Virus record (IMG/VR): IMGVR_UViG_2534682307_000021
Strand: one strand, 5' to 3'
Length of the DNA: 5,665 nucleotides
Source of the DNA: a virus
Lineage: Duplodnaviria > Heunggongvirae > Uroviricota > Caudoviricetes
Under the pieces are notes generated by a model. The model was given only the letters and a program-made list of their open reading frames with translations. It had not been told where the DNA came from and searched no databases. Positions 1-5,642 of this stretch are shown piece by piece; positions within the stretch are counted from its first letter, which is position 1; each line of letters begins with the position of its first letter. The position numbers and the translations under genes were made by a program.

Positions 1-58
1 AGTCGATCACCCTGGACACCGCCCCCCGTCTCATTCGTAGAAAATTTTGCTTTTCAAA

Positions 59-80
59 AAAGTTACACGAAAAGTTACAC
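59..80 (+). promoter_or_regulatory. Two direct 10-bp iterons AAAGTTACAC (59-68, 71-80) directly upstream of the terS-like gene; candidate operator or TerS/pac recognition element
   Basis: Exact 10-bp direct repeat with 12-bp start-to-start spacing, 13 nt upstream of the GAGG RBS (93-96) and ATG 103. The same motif recurs inside the downstream gene at the same 12-bp phase. Confidence 0.4.
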
Positions 81-102
81 CCCCTCAAAACGAGGTTTTT
101 GC

Positions 103-591
103 ATGGCATTAACGACCAAAAAAAAGCGGTTTGCTGATGCGTTATCAAGGGGCGCAAATCCCACGGAAGCCGCTATACATGCGGGATACAGCGAAAAGAC
201 CGCAAGGGTTAAAGGCTGGCAGCTATCCAACGATCCTGAGGTGAAAAAGTATCTTAAGGCTGTAACTTCTGATGTAACTTTTCAGGTTACAAAACCGAAA
301 AAAGTTACAAAGAAAGTTACCGAAAAAGTTACACCGGAACGGGCATCAATTAACACCATTGAGATGATGGATAACGGCCTACCCGACCCCATCAAAGCAA
401 TGGGCAGGATACTGATTGACAACATGGACACAGATCCAAAACTGGCTTTAGATGCCGCGTTTAAGCTGGCCCAGTTCACCCACCGCAAGATCGGCAGCAT
501 TGGGAAAAAAGAGGTTAAAAAACTCAATGCCGCTAGTGTCTACTCAAATCGGTTCCCCATCCCTAAGCCACCAACAGACTTAAAACACTGA
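103..591 (+). CDS. Terminase small subunit-like protein (Terminase_2 / phage P27-type N-terminal DNA-binding domain), 162 aa
   Basis: ORF with GAGG RBS 6 nt upstream. N-terminus KKKRFADALSRGANPTEAAIHAGYSEKTARVKGWQLSNDPEVKKYLK fits the conserved TerS HTH pattern (KQxRF..EY...N.T.AAI.AGYS.KTA....LL.N..V..YI) as I recall it. Size is typical for TerS. Not verified by a search. Confidence 0.7.
   Translation: MALTTKKKRFADALSRGANPTEAAIHAGYSEKTARVKGWQLSNDPEVKKYLKAVTSDVTFQVTKPKKVTKKVTEKVTPERASINTIEMMDNGLPDPIKAMGRILIDNMDTDPKLALDAAFKLAQFTHRKIGSIGKKEVKKLNAASVYSNRFPIPKPPTDLKH
262..334 (+). repeat. Array of six GTTAC/GTAAC cores at 12-bp phase inside the terS-like gene (two inverted, four direct; three full AAAGTTAC[A/C] iterons at 301, 313, 325)
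   Basis: Cores at 262, 274 (GTAAC), 286, 304, 316, 328 (GTTAC); spacing 12,12,18,12,12. Encodes a (x-V-T-x)n stretch AVTSDVTFQVTKPKKVTKKVTEKVTPE. Last iteron AAAGTTACACC (325-335) matches the upstream copy at 71-81. Confidence 0.55.
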
Positions 592-602
592 GGTAGCGAA
601 CT

Positions 603-764
603 ATGAGCGAATACATCACAGACCCTATTGATGTACTCACGGAAATCATGAACGACAAGCAGCAGTCGACCGAAATACGGTTACAGGCCGCCGCTGTTCT
701 GATGCCATATTTTCACGAAACACTAAACCCGTGCTTCCAGGAGGAGGAAGAAGATGATCTGTAA
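603..764 (+). CDS. Hypothetical small acidic protein, 53 aa (MSEYITDPIDVLTEIMNDKQQSTEIRLQAAAVLMPYFHETLNPCFQEEEEDDL); not in the supplied ORF track
   Basis: ATG 603 is 9 nt after GAGG (590-593). The ORF is open to TAA 762-764 and overlaps the next gene start (754) by 11 nt, suggesting translational coupling in a terS-X-capsid operon. No family recognised. Confidence 0.4.
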   Translation: MSEYITDPIDVLTEIMNDKQQSTEIRLQAAAVLMPYFHETLNPCFQEEEEDDL

Positions 765-1677
765 AAACATGAAAGGCGTGTCAGCAGTTCGCGCCGCCAG
801 CGTGCTGGCATCGTGTAAATTTAGCCATGCTGACGCTATAGAGATGACGAAAAGAAATGATCCGGCAGTATCGAAATTTCTTGAAAAATCCATCGTCAAC
901 AGAATGACTACGGATAACATGCCGTCGCTGGTGGCAGAGCCGATAGTAAGAGAGCTTGGCGAGTATATTTTTTCGCAGTCTGTACCAGGCAAGCTAATCA
1001 GCAGCGCGCTTAATCTTCCGTTTGGCGCAAAATTGCATTCAATATCAGGCAAGGGTAGTAAATGGCTTAAAGAAGCCGAAGAAATCCCTGTCAAAGAGGG
1101 AGAAGTAAACGAAAGTGCGCTAAAATTGTGCAAACTTGGCGCTATTGTGATGCTGAATAACGAGCTAATCAAATTTAGCACCCCTGGTACAAATTCAGCG
1201 ATCAGAGACTTGATCACATCGGAATCGGTGAAAGAAATAGATAAAAAATTTCTTTCCAGTGATCAGGAGGTGGCTGGCGTATCCCCTGAGGGCGTGCTTA
1301 ATGGTGCTGATGAGGCCGAAAACTTCATAGAGATTTTCAAAAAGCACATAGCGAACGGTAACACGCTTTCCACGTCGTCGCTAATATTGCCCGTAGAAAA
1401 CGCCTTACAGCTTACTGATGCTGAGTTCTGGCAGATAGAGCTTTTGAGAATACCGGTAATTGTGAGCGAACAGGCGGATCGCATGATGCTGATAGACGCT
1501 CAAAAGCTGATTATTAACGTTGAAGCCACGGTTATAACCCCAACTGATGAGGCGGTAATAAAAACCGAATCAGGGGCGGTTAGCCTTTTCCAGAATGACG
1601 CTACAGCGTTCAGGGCAATCACCTATTGCGGATGGCAAAAACTCGATAAGGCCGTCACCGTTCTGGCGAAAAGCTGA
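754..1677 (+). CDS. HK97-fold major capsid protein-like (Phage_capsid family), 307 aa, no N-terminal delta/scaffold domain
   Basis: Strong RBS AGGAGGAGG (739-747) 6 nt before ATG 754; in-frame alternative ATG at 769. Middle segment WLKEAEEIPVKEGEVNESALKLCKLGAIVMLNNELIKF and C-terminus GAVSLFQNDATAFRAITYCGWQKLDKAVTVL follow the conserved layout of HK97-family capsid proteins (compare recalled 80alpha-type YWVGEGQKIE...AFKLGVILPVTKEF and PVNLFEQDMVALRATMHVAL...AFAKL). Recognition from memory, not a search. Confidence 0.6.
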   Translation: MICKNMKGVSAVRAASVLASCKFSHADAIEMTKRNDPAVSKFLEKSIVNRMTTDNMPSLVAEPIVRELGEYIFSQSVPGKLISSALNLPFGAKLHSISGKGSKWLKEAEEIPVKEGEVNESALKLCKLGAIVMLNNELIKFSTPGTNSAIRDLITSESVKEIDKKFLSSDQEVAGVSPEGVLNGADEAENFIEIFKKHIANGNTLSTSSLILPVENALQLTDAEFWQIELLRIPVIVSEQADRMMLIDAQKLIINVEATVITPTDEAVIKTESGAVSLFQNDATAFRAITYCGWQKLDKAVTVLAKS

Positions 1678-1693
1678 TTTTTCCAGCATCTAT

Positions 1694-1719
1694 CCCGATA
1701 TGGGGATCACCATATCGGG
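1694..1719. repeat. Perfect palindrome P1: CCCGATATGG-GGATCA-CCATATCGGG (10-bp arms, 6-bp centre containing GATC)
   Basis: Read directly; the arms are exact reverse complements. Lies 16 nt after the capsid-like gene stop, with no following T-tract, so not a typical intrinsic terminator. Confidence 0.85.
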
Positions 1720-1722
1720 GAA

Positions 1723-1805
1723 GCACCTGAATCATCATTACCGTGATCAAGGGTATGTAAAGCCCACCAGCCTGATTAACGTTTAACCGGAAAAAAAGCC
1801 AGGTA
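1723..1805. repeat. 83-bp direct repeat DR-A, copy 1
   Basis: GCACCTGAATCATCATTACCGTGATCAAGGGTATGTAAAGCCCACCAGCCTGATTAACGTTTAACCGGAAAAAAAGCCAGGTA; 81/83 identical to copy 2 at 2260-2342. Confidence 0.85.
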
Positions 1806-1813
1806 TCCAATCT

Positions 1814-1835
1814 CGATATGGGGATCACCATATCG
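1814..1835. repeat. Palindrome P2: CGATATGG-GGATCA-CCATATCG (second copy of the P1 palindrome, 8-bp arms)
   Basis: Same arms and centre as P1; lies 8 nt after DR-A copy 1. Confidence 0.85.
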
Positions 1836-1899
1836 GGATACGGCGGTAACTGGTTGATATTTTCGAAATTCGCCAGCGGCGAACATCGGGGAAACCAGC

Positions 1900-1918
1900 C
1901 TAACCCGTTGATTCTTCC
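1900..1918. repeat. 19-bp conserved box, copy a (CTAACCCGTTGATTCTTCC)
   Basis: 18/19 identical to copy c and 16/19 to copy b; abuts the hairpin at 1918-1944. Confidence 0.7.
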
Positions 1919-1944
1919 CAATTTCCACAGACTGCGGAAATTGG
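1918..1944. repeat. Inverted repeat / hairpin CCAATTTCC-(9 nt)-GGAAATTGG
   Basis: 9-bp perfect arms with a 9-nt loop, read directly. Confidence 0.75.
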
Positions 1945-2026
1945 CGCGGTAACTTACTGAGATTAAAGCAAAGCGCAAAATTGCGTTGGCTGGTGGGCCT
2001 GATGCCGATAACTGGTTGGAATTGTT

Positions 2027-2050
2027 CCATAGTGCAAAATTGCACTATGG
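2027..2050. repeat. Palindrome CCATAGTGCAA-AA-TTGCACTATGG (11-bp arms)
   Basis: Read directly. Shares the core CAAAATTGC with a weaker palindrome at about 1971-1983 (GCGCAAAATTGCG). Immediately precedes box copy b. Confidence 0.75.
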
Positions 2051-2051
2051 C

Positions 2052-2070
2052 CTAACCCATTGATTATTTC
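2052..2070. repeat. 19-bp conserved box, copy b (CTAACCCATTGATTATTTC)
   Basis: 17/19 identical to copy c; followed by palindrome CCCCCA-T-TGGGGG (2076-2088). Confidence 0.65.
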
Positions 2071-2105
2071 GAAAACCCCCATTGGGGGATGTTGGGAAAG
2101 TAAGA

Positions 2106-2124
2106 CTAACCCATTGATTCTTCC
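2106..2124. repeat. 19-bp conserved box, copy c (CTAACCCATTGATTCTTCC)
   Basis: Followed by palindrome CCTCAA-T-TTGAGG (2130-2142). A further palindrome TGGTCAT-A-ATGACCA lies at 2174-2188. Confidence 0.7.
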
Positions 2125-2259
2125 ACAATCCTCAATTTGAGGAGATCGGAAACATCACCCTTCAAATTCTGAATGGTCATAATGACCACGCAGACCATCA
2201 AGGCAACCACAACGAACATCGTTACGGTTGGAGCTTTTACCCCACTGGGGAAAAGGTAC

Positions 2260-2342
2260 GCACCTGAATCATCATTACCGTGATCAAGGGTATGTAAAGG
2301 CCACCAGCCTGATTAACATTTAACCGGAAAAAAAGCCAGGTA
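2260..2342. repeat. 83-bp direct repeat DR-A, copy 2
   Basis: 81/83 identical to 1723-1805 (mismatches at 1764/2301 and 1781/2318). Followed by a degenerate P copy (2343-2364, GTGGGGATACCCATATCGGGG) and preceded by palindrome CCCCA-C-TGGGG (2241-2251). Confidence 0.85.
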
Positions 2343-2425
2343 GGTGGGGATACCCATATCGGGGAACATCCACCAGCTTCATAACGGATGGCCGGAAAAT
2401 GATAACGGTTAAAGCGTGTTGATCT

Positions 2426-2455
2426 TTGTTCGTGGTTGTTCGATATTGTTCGTGA
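2426..2455. repeat. Three tandem 10-bp iterons TTGTTCG-NNN (TTGTTCGTGG, TTGTTCGATA, TTGTTCGTGA)
   Basis: TTGTTCG at 2426, 2436, 2446 at exact 10-bp (one helical turn) phasing; a weaker copy lies just upstream (about 2416-2424). Confidence 0.7.
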
Positions 2456-2458
2456 AAC

Positions 2459-2482
2459 GGTGTAGTTAATGGTGTAGTTAAT
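2459..2482. repeat. Perfect tandem duplication of 12-mer GGTGTAGTTAAT
   Basis: Two identical adjacent 12-mers, followed by an AT-rich tract (2483-2575) containing palindrome GATAG-TTAT-CTATC (2556-2569). Confidence 0.75.
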
Positions 2483-2655
2483 TTCGCTGTTTTTGACGGA
2501 GTTGTTATTTGTAACATAGTGAAAAATAAAGACTAATCAATGAAATGTTATAAATGATAGTTATCTATCATGTGGAGTAGATTGGTCAGGCAAATAAGCT
2601 CTTGTCAGCGGCAGGGCGTTCTGCCGATAACCGTAACCGAAGATGATAACTGACA

Positions 2656-2976
2656 ATGGGTAAAACGAACGACTGGCTGGACTTTGATCAACTGGCGGAA
2701 GAAAAAGTTCGCGACGCGCTAAAACCGCCATCTATGTATAAAGTGATATTAGTCAATGATGATTACACTCCGATGGAGTTTGTTATTGACGTGTTACAAA
2801 AATTCTTTTCTTATGATGTAGAACGTGCAACGCAATTGATGCTCGCTGTTCACTACCAGGGGAAGGCCATTTGCGGAGTCTTTACCGCCGAGGTTGCAGA
2901 AACCAAAGTGGCGATGGTGAACAAGTACGCGAGGGAGAATGAGCATCCATTGCTGTGTACGCTAGAAAAAGCCTGA
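2656..2976 (+). CDS. clpS: ClpS, ATP-dependent Clp protease adaptor (N-degron recognition), 106 aa
   Basis: Translation [51 protein letters not shown]... matches E. coli ClpS as I recall it; conserved position directly upstream of clpA. Confidence 0.95.
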
Positions 2977-3006
2977 ATGCAGGCATAAAAATTGGGGGAG
3001 GTGCCT

Positions 3007-5283
3007 ATGCTCAATCAAGAACTGGAACTCAGTTTAAATATGGCTTTCGCCAGAGCGCGCGAGCACCGTCATGAGTTTATGACCGTCGAGCACTTGTTAC
3101 TGGCGCTGCTCAGTAACCCATCTGCCCGGGAGGCGCTGGAAGCGTGTTCTGTGGATTTGGTTGCGCTCCGTCAGGAACTGGAAGCCTTTATTGAACAAAC
3201 CACACCCGTTCTGCCTGCCAGTGAAGAGGAGCGCGACACACAGCCGACGCTGAGTTTTCAGCGTGTACTGCAACGTGCGGTCTTCCATGTCCAGTCCTCC
3301 GGTCGCAATGAGGTTACCGGTGCAAACGTTCTGGTCGCTATCTTTAGCGAACAGGAGTCGCAGGCGGCATATCTGTTGCGTAAACATGAAGTCAGCCGTC
3401 TCGATGTGGTGAACTTTATCTCTCATGGCACGCGTAAAGACGAGCCGACACAGTCTTCTGATCCTGGCAGCCAGCCAAACAGCGAAGAACAAGCTGGTGG
3501 GGAGGAACGTATGGAGAATTTCACGACGAACCTGAATCAGCTTGCGCGCGTGGGCGGAATCGACCCACTGATTGGTCGTGAGAAGGAGCTGGAGCGTGCT
3601 ATTCAGGTTCTCTGCCGTCGCCGTAAAAACAACCCGCTGCTAGTGGGGGAATCTGGTGTCGGTAAAACCGCGATTGCAGAAGGTCTTGCCTGGCGAATTG
3701 TTCAGGGCGATGTGCCGGAAGTGATGGCTGACTGTACGATTTACTCTCTCGATATCGGTTCTCTGTTAGCGGGCACAAAATATCGCGGCGACTTTGAAAA
3801 ACGTTTTAAAGCGTTGCTCAAGCAGCTGGAGCAGGACACTAACAGCATCCTGTTTATTGATGAGATCCACACCATTATCGGTGCGGGTGCAGCGTCTGGT
3901 GGTCAGGTTGATGCGGCTAACCTAATCAAACCGTTGCTCTCCAGCGGTAAAATTCGCGTAATTGGTTCGACAACCTATCAGGAGTTCAGCAACATTTTCG
4001 AGAAAGACCGTGCTCTGGCGCGTCGCTTCCAGAAAATTGATATTACTGAACCGTCGATCGAAGAAACTGTTCAAATCATCAATGGCCTGAAACCGAAGTA
4101 TGAAGCACACCACGACGTGCGTTATACCGCAAAAGCGGTGCGTGCGGCGGTAGAGCTGGCGGTGAAATACATTAACGATCGTCATCTGCCGGATAAAGCC
4201 ATTGATGTTATCGACGAAGCGGGCGCTCGCGCACGTCTGATGCCGGTAAGCAAACGCAAGAAAACCGTTAATGTGGCGGATATTGAGTCCGTGGTGGCCC
4301 GTATTGCACGCATTCCAGAGAAGAGTGTTTCTCAGAGTGACCGCGATACCCTGAAAAACCTCGGCGATCGCCTGAAAATGCTGGTCTTCGGTCAGGATAA
4401 AGCCATTGAGGCGCTGACTGAAGCCATTAAGATGGCGCGTGCAGGTTTAGGTCACGAACATAAACCGGTCGGTTCGTTCCTGTTTGCCGGCCCTACCGGG
4501 GTCGGGAAAACAGAGGTGACGGTACAGCTTTCGAAAGCTTTGGGCATTGAGCTTCTGCGCTTTGATATGTCCGAGTATATGGAACGCCATACTGTCAGCC
4601 GTCTTATTGGTGCGCCTCCGGGATACGTTGGTTTTGATCAGGGCGGTTTGCTGACTGATGCGGTCATCAAGCATCCACATGCGGTGCTGCTGCTGGACGA
4701 AATCGAGAAAGCGCACCCGGACGTGTTCAATATTCTGTTGCAGGTGATGGACAACGGTACGCTGACCGATAACAACGGACGCAAAGCGGACTTCCGTAAC
4801 GTGGTACTGGTGATGACCACTAACGCCGGGGTACGGGAAACTGAGCGCAAATCCATTGGTCTTATCCACCAGGATAACAGCACCGATGCGATGGAAGAGA
4901 TCAAGAAGATCTTTACACCGGAATTCCGTAACCGTCTCGACAACATTATCTGGTTCGATCATCTGTCAACTGACGTGATCCATCAGGTGGTGGATAAATT
5001 CATCGTCGAGTTGCAGGTTCAGCTGGATCAGAAAGGTGTTTCTCTGGAAGTGAGCCAGGAAGCGCGTAACTGGCTGGCCGAGAAAGGTTACGACCGGGCA
5101 ATGGGCGCACGTCCGATGGCGCGTGTCATCCAGGACAACCTGAAAAAACCGCTCGCCAACGAACTGCTGTTTGGTTCGCTGGTGGACGGCGGTCAGGTCA
5201 CCGTCGCGCTGGATAAAGAGAAAAATGAGCTGACTTACGGATTCCAGAGTGCACAAAAGCACAAGGCGGAAGCAGCGCATTAA
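3007..5283 (+). CDS. clpA: ClpA, ATP-dependent Clp protease ATP-binding subunit (AAA+ unfoldase, two nucleotide-binding domains), 758 aa
   Basis: Translation from ATG 3007 ([24 protein letters not shown]...) matches E. coli ClpA. Two Walker A motifs ([16 protein letters not shown]). RBS GGGGGAGG at 2994-3001. The ORF-track start at 2992 is rejected because it would place the RBS inside the coding sequence. Confidence 0.95.
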   Translation: MLNQELELSLNMAFARAREHRHEFMTVEHLLLALLSNPSAREALEACSVDLVALRQELEAFIEQTTPVLPASEEERDTQPTLSFQRVLQRAVFHVQSSGRNEVTGANVLVAIFSEQESQAAYLLRKHEVSRLDVVNFISHGTRKDEPTQSSDPGSQPNSEEQAGGEERMENFTTNLNQLARVGGIDPLIGREKELERAIQVLCRRRKNNPLLVGESGVGKTAIAEGLAWRIVQGDVPEVMADCTIYSLDIGSLLAGTKYRGDFEKRFKALLKQLEQDTNSILFIDEIHTIIGAGAASGGQVDAANLIKPLLSSGKIRVIGSTTYQEFSNIFEKDRALARRFQKIDITEPSIEETVQIINGLKPKYEAHHDVRYTAKAVRAAVELAVKYINDRHLPDKAIDVIDEAGARARLMPVSKRKKTVNVADIESVVARIARIPEKSVSQSDRDTLKNLGDRLKMLVFGQDKAIEALTEAIKMARAGLGHEHKPVGSFLFAGPTGVGKTEVTVQLSKALGIELLRFDMSEYMERHTVSRLIGAPPGYVGFDQGGLLTDAVIKHPHAVLLLDEIEKAHPDVFNILLQVMDNGTLTDNNGRKADFRNVVLVMTTNAGVRETERKSIGLIHQDNSTDAMEEIKKIFTPEFRNRLDNIIWFDHLSTDVIHQVVDKFIVELQVQLDQKGVSLEVSQEARNWLAEKGYDRAMGARPMARVIQDNLKKPLANELLFGSLVDGGQVTVALDKEKNELTYGFQSAQKHKAEAAH
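3502..3513 (+). promoter_or_regulatory. Internal Shine-Dalgarno (GGAGG 3502-3506) plus in-frame ATG (3511-3513, Met169) within clpA; candidate internal initiation site for the short ClpA isoform
   Basis: SD-like GGAGG 4 nt upstream of an in-frame ATG at codon 169. E. coli clpA is reported to produce a shorter ClpA65 product from an internal start. Confidence 0.45.
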
Positions 5284-5307
5284 TCTGATTGTCAGGTAGG
5301 TTGGTGA

Positions 5308-5345
5308 AGTCCGTAATCTCGAAAGAGGTTACGGACTTTTTATTT
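5308..5345 (+). terminator. Rho-independent terminator of clpA
   Basis: 13-bp stem AGTCCGTAATCTC / GAGGTTACGGACT (one G-U pair), GAAA tetraloop, then TTTTATTT; begins 25 nt after the clpA stop. Confidence 0.8.
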
Positions 5346-5497
5346 ATGGGGTGGAACGGTGAAAACCCTATTTTTGGAGGTGAAGGTAATTTGTTGATAA
5401 TTAGTGCTGCTGGAAAAGGTAAGGATAAAAAAGGGTGACAGCAGGAAAATGAGATGGTTTTGCTTTATTAACAACGGGCTAAACGTGTAGTATTTGA
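5346..5497 (+). promoter_or_regulatory. AT-rich putative CRISPR leader
   Basis: AT-rich sequence between the clpA terminator and the first repeat. Possible -35/-10 pair (TTTATT 5464-5469, TAGTAT 5488-5493, 18-bp spacer) is weak and unverified. Confidence 0.35.
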
Positions 5498-5585
5498 GTT
5501 CACTGCCGTACAGGCAGCTTAGAAATTCACTGGTAACATACTCCACCCGCCCACCATGTTCACTGCCGTACAGGCAGATAAAATG
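5498..5585 (+). CRISPR. Orphan type I-F CRISPR mini-array: 28-bp repeat, 32-bp spacer, degenerate terminal repeat; no cas genes in window
   Basis: Repeat 1 (5498-5525) GTTCACTGCCGTACAGGCAGCTTAGAAA matches the E. coli/Yersinia type I-F repeat, including the CTGCC-GTACA-GGCAG Cas6f hairpin. Spacer 5526-5557 TTCACTGGTAACATACTCCACCCGCCCACCAT. Repeat 2 (5558-5585) matches the first 20 nt, then diverges (23/28). Location downstream of clpA fits the known E. coli I-F locus position. Confidence 0.85.
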
Positions 5586-5595
5586 CGAAAAAAAA

Positions 5596-5623
5596 GCCCG
5601 TACTTTCGTACGAGCTCTTCTTT
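5596..5623 (-). terminator. Bidirectional intrinsic terminator, strongest on the minus strand
   Basis: Minus-strand RNA: GCUCGUAC-GAAA-GUACGGGC followed by U8. Plus strand: same stem with one mismatch followed by TCTTCTTT. Implies a minus-strand transcription unit ending at about 5628. Confidence 0.7.
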
Positions 5624-5628
5624 AAATA

Positions 5629-5642
5629 TGGCGGTGAGGGGG
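5629..5642 (-). other. 14-nt match to the 3' end of tRNA-Ser(GGA) (CCCCCTCACCGCCA on the minus strand); not an intact tRNA within the window
   Basis: Plus strand TGGCGGTGAGGGGG equals the reverse complement of the recalled serW/serX 3' end. Sequence then diverges (ACCGCCTGAAATAAA, no T-loop TTCGAA) and instead forms hairpin GGCGGT-GAGGGGG-ACCGCC (5630-5648). Confidence 0.3.

Noticed and set aside
282-1484. Minus-strand ORFs 282-527, 723-1217 and 1263-1484
   Set aside because: Antisense shadow ORFs wholly inside the better-supported plus-strand terS-like and capsid-like genes; no RBS, low-complexity S/L-rich translations.
1900-2142. Integron attC sites (GCCTAAC-like inverse core within the 19-bp boxes)
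   Set aside because: No matching GTTRRRY core partner at the expected distance, no cassette ORFs between sites, no intI in the window.
1694-2364. CRISPR-like array formed by the CGATATGG palindromes or the 19-bp boxes
   Set aside because: Spacing is irregular (152 and 54 bp for the boxes; about 120 and 530 bp for the palindromes) and the intervening segments are themselves repeated; not CRISPR architecture.
1595-2517. ORFs 1595-1786 (+), 1655-1978 (-), 1776-2045 (-), 2320-2517 (-)
   Set aside because: They run through the palindrome and direct-repeat region; the recurring peptide motif RYGDPHI / RYGYPHL is just the translated palindrome. No RBS and no recognisable domain.
2509-2555. Specific sigma70 promoter call for clpS (TTGTAA 2509-2514; TATAAA 2549-2554)
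   Set aside because: The hexamers are present, but their spacing (34 bp) is wrong for a single promoter and alternative partners are weak; left uncalled.
1678-2655. Known E. coli intergenic repeats (REP/BIME, ERIC/IRU, BoxC)
   Set aside because: None of the palindromes matches the consensus sequences I can recall for these families; a database comparison is needed before excluding them.
2992-3006. ORF-track start of clpA at 2992 (MGEVPM...)
   Set aside because: The GGGGGAGG RBS lies inside this extension; canonical ClpA begins [10 protein letters not shown] at ATG 3007, giving the expected 758 aa.
3097-5280. Minus-strand ORFs inside clpA (3097-3492, 3922-4185, 4447-4962, 4638-4946, 4966-5280)
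   Set aside because: Antisense to a highly confident conserved gene; typical GC-rich shadow ORFs.
5340-5546. Minus-strand ORF 5340-5546 (68 aa)
   Set aside because: Spans the CRISPR leader and first repeat; AT-rich low-complexity translation, no RBS.
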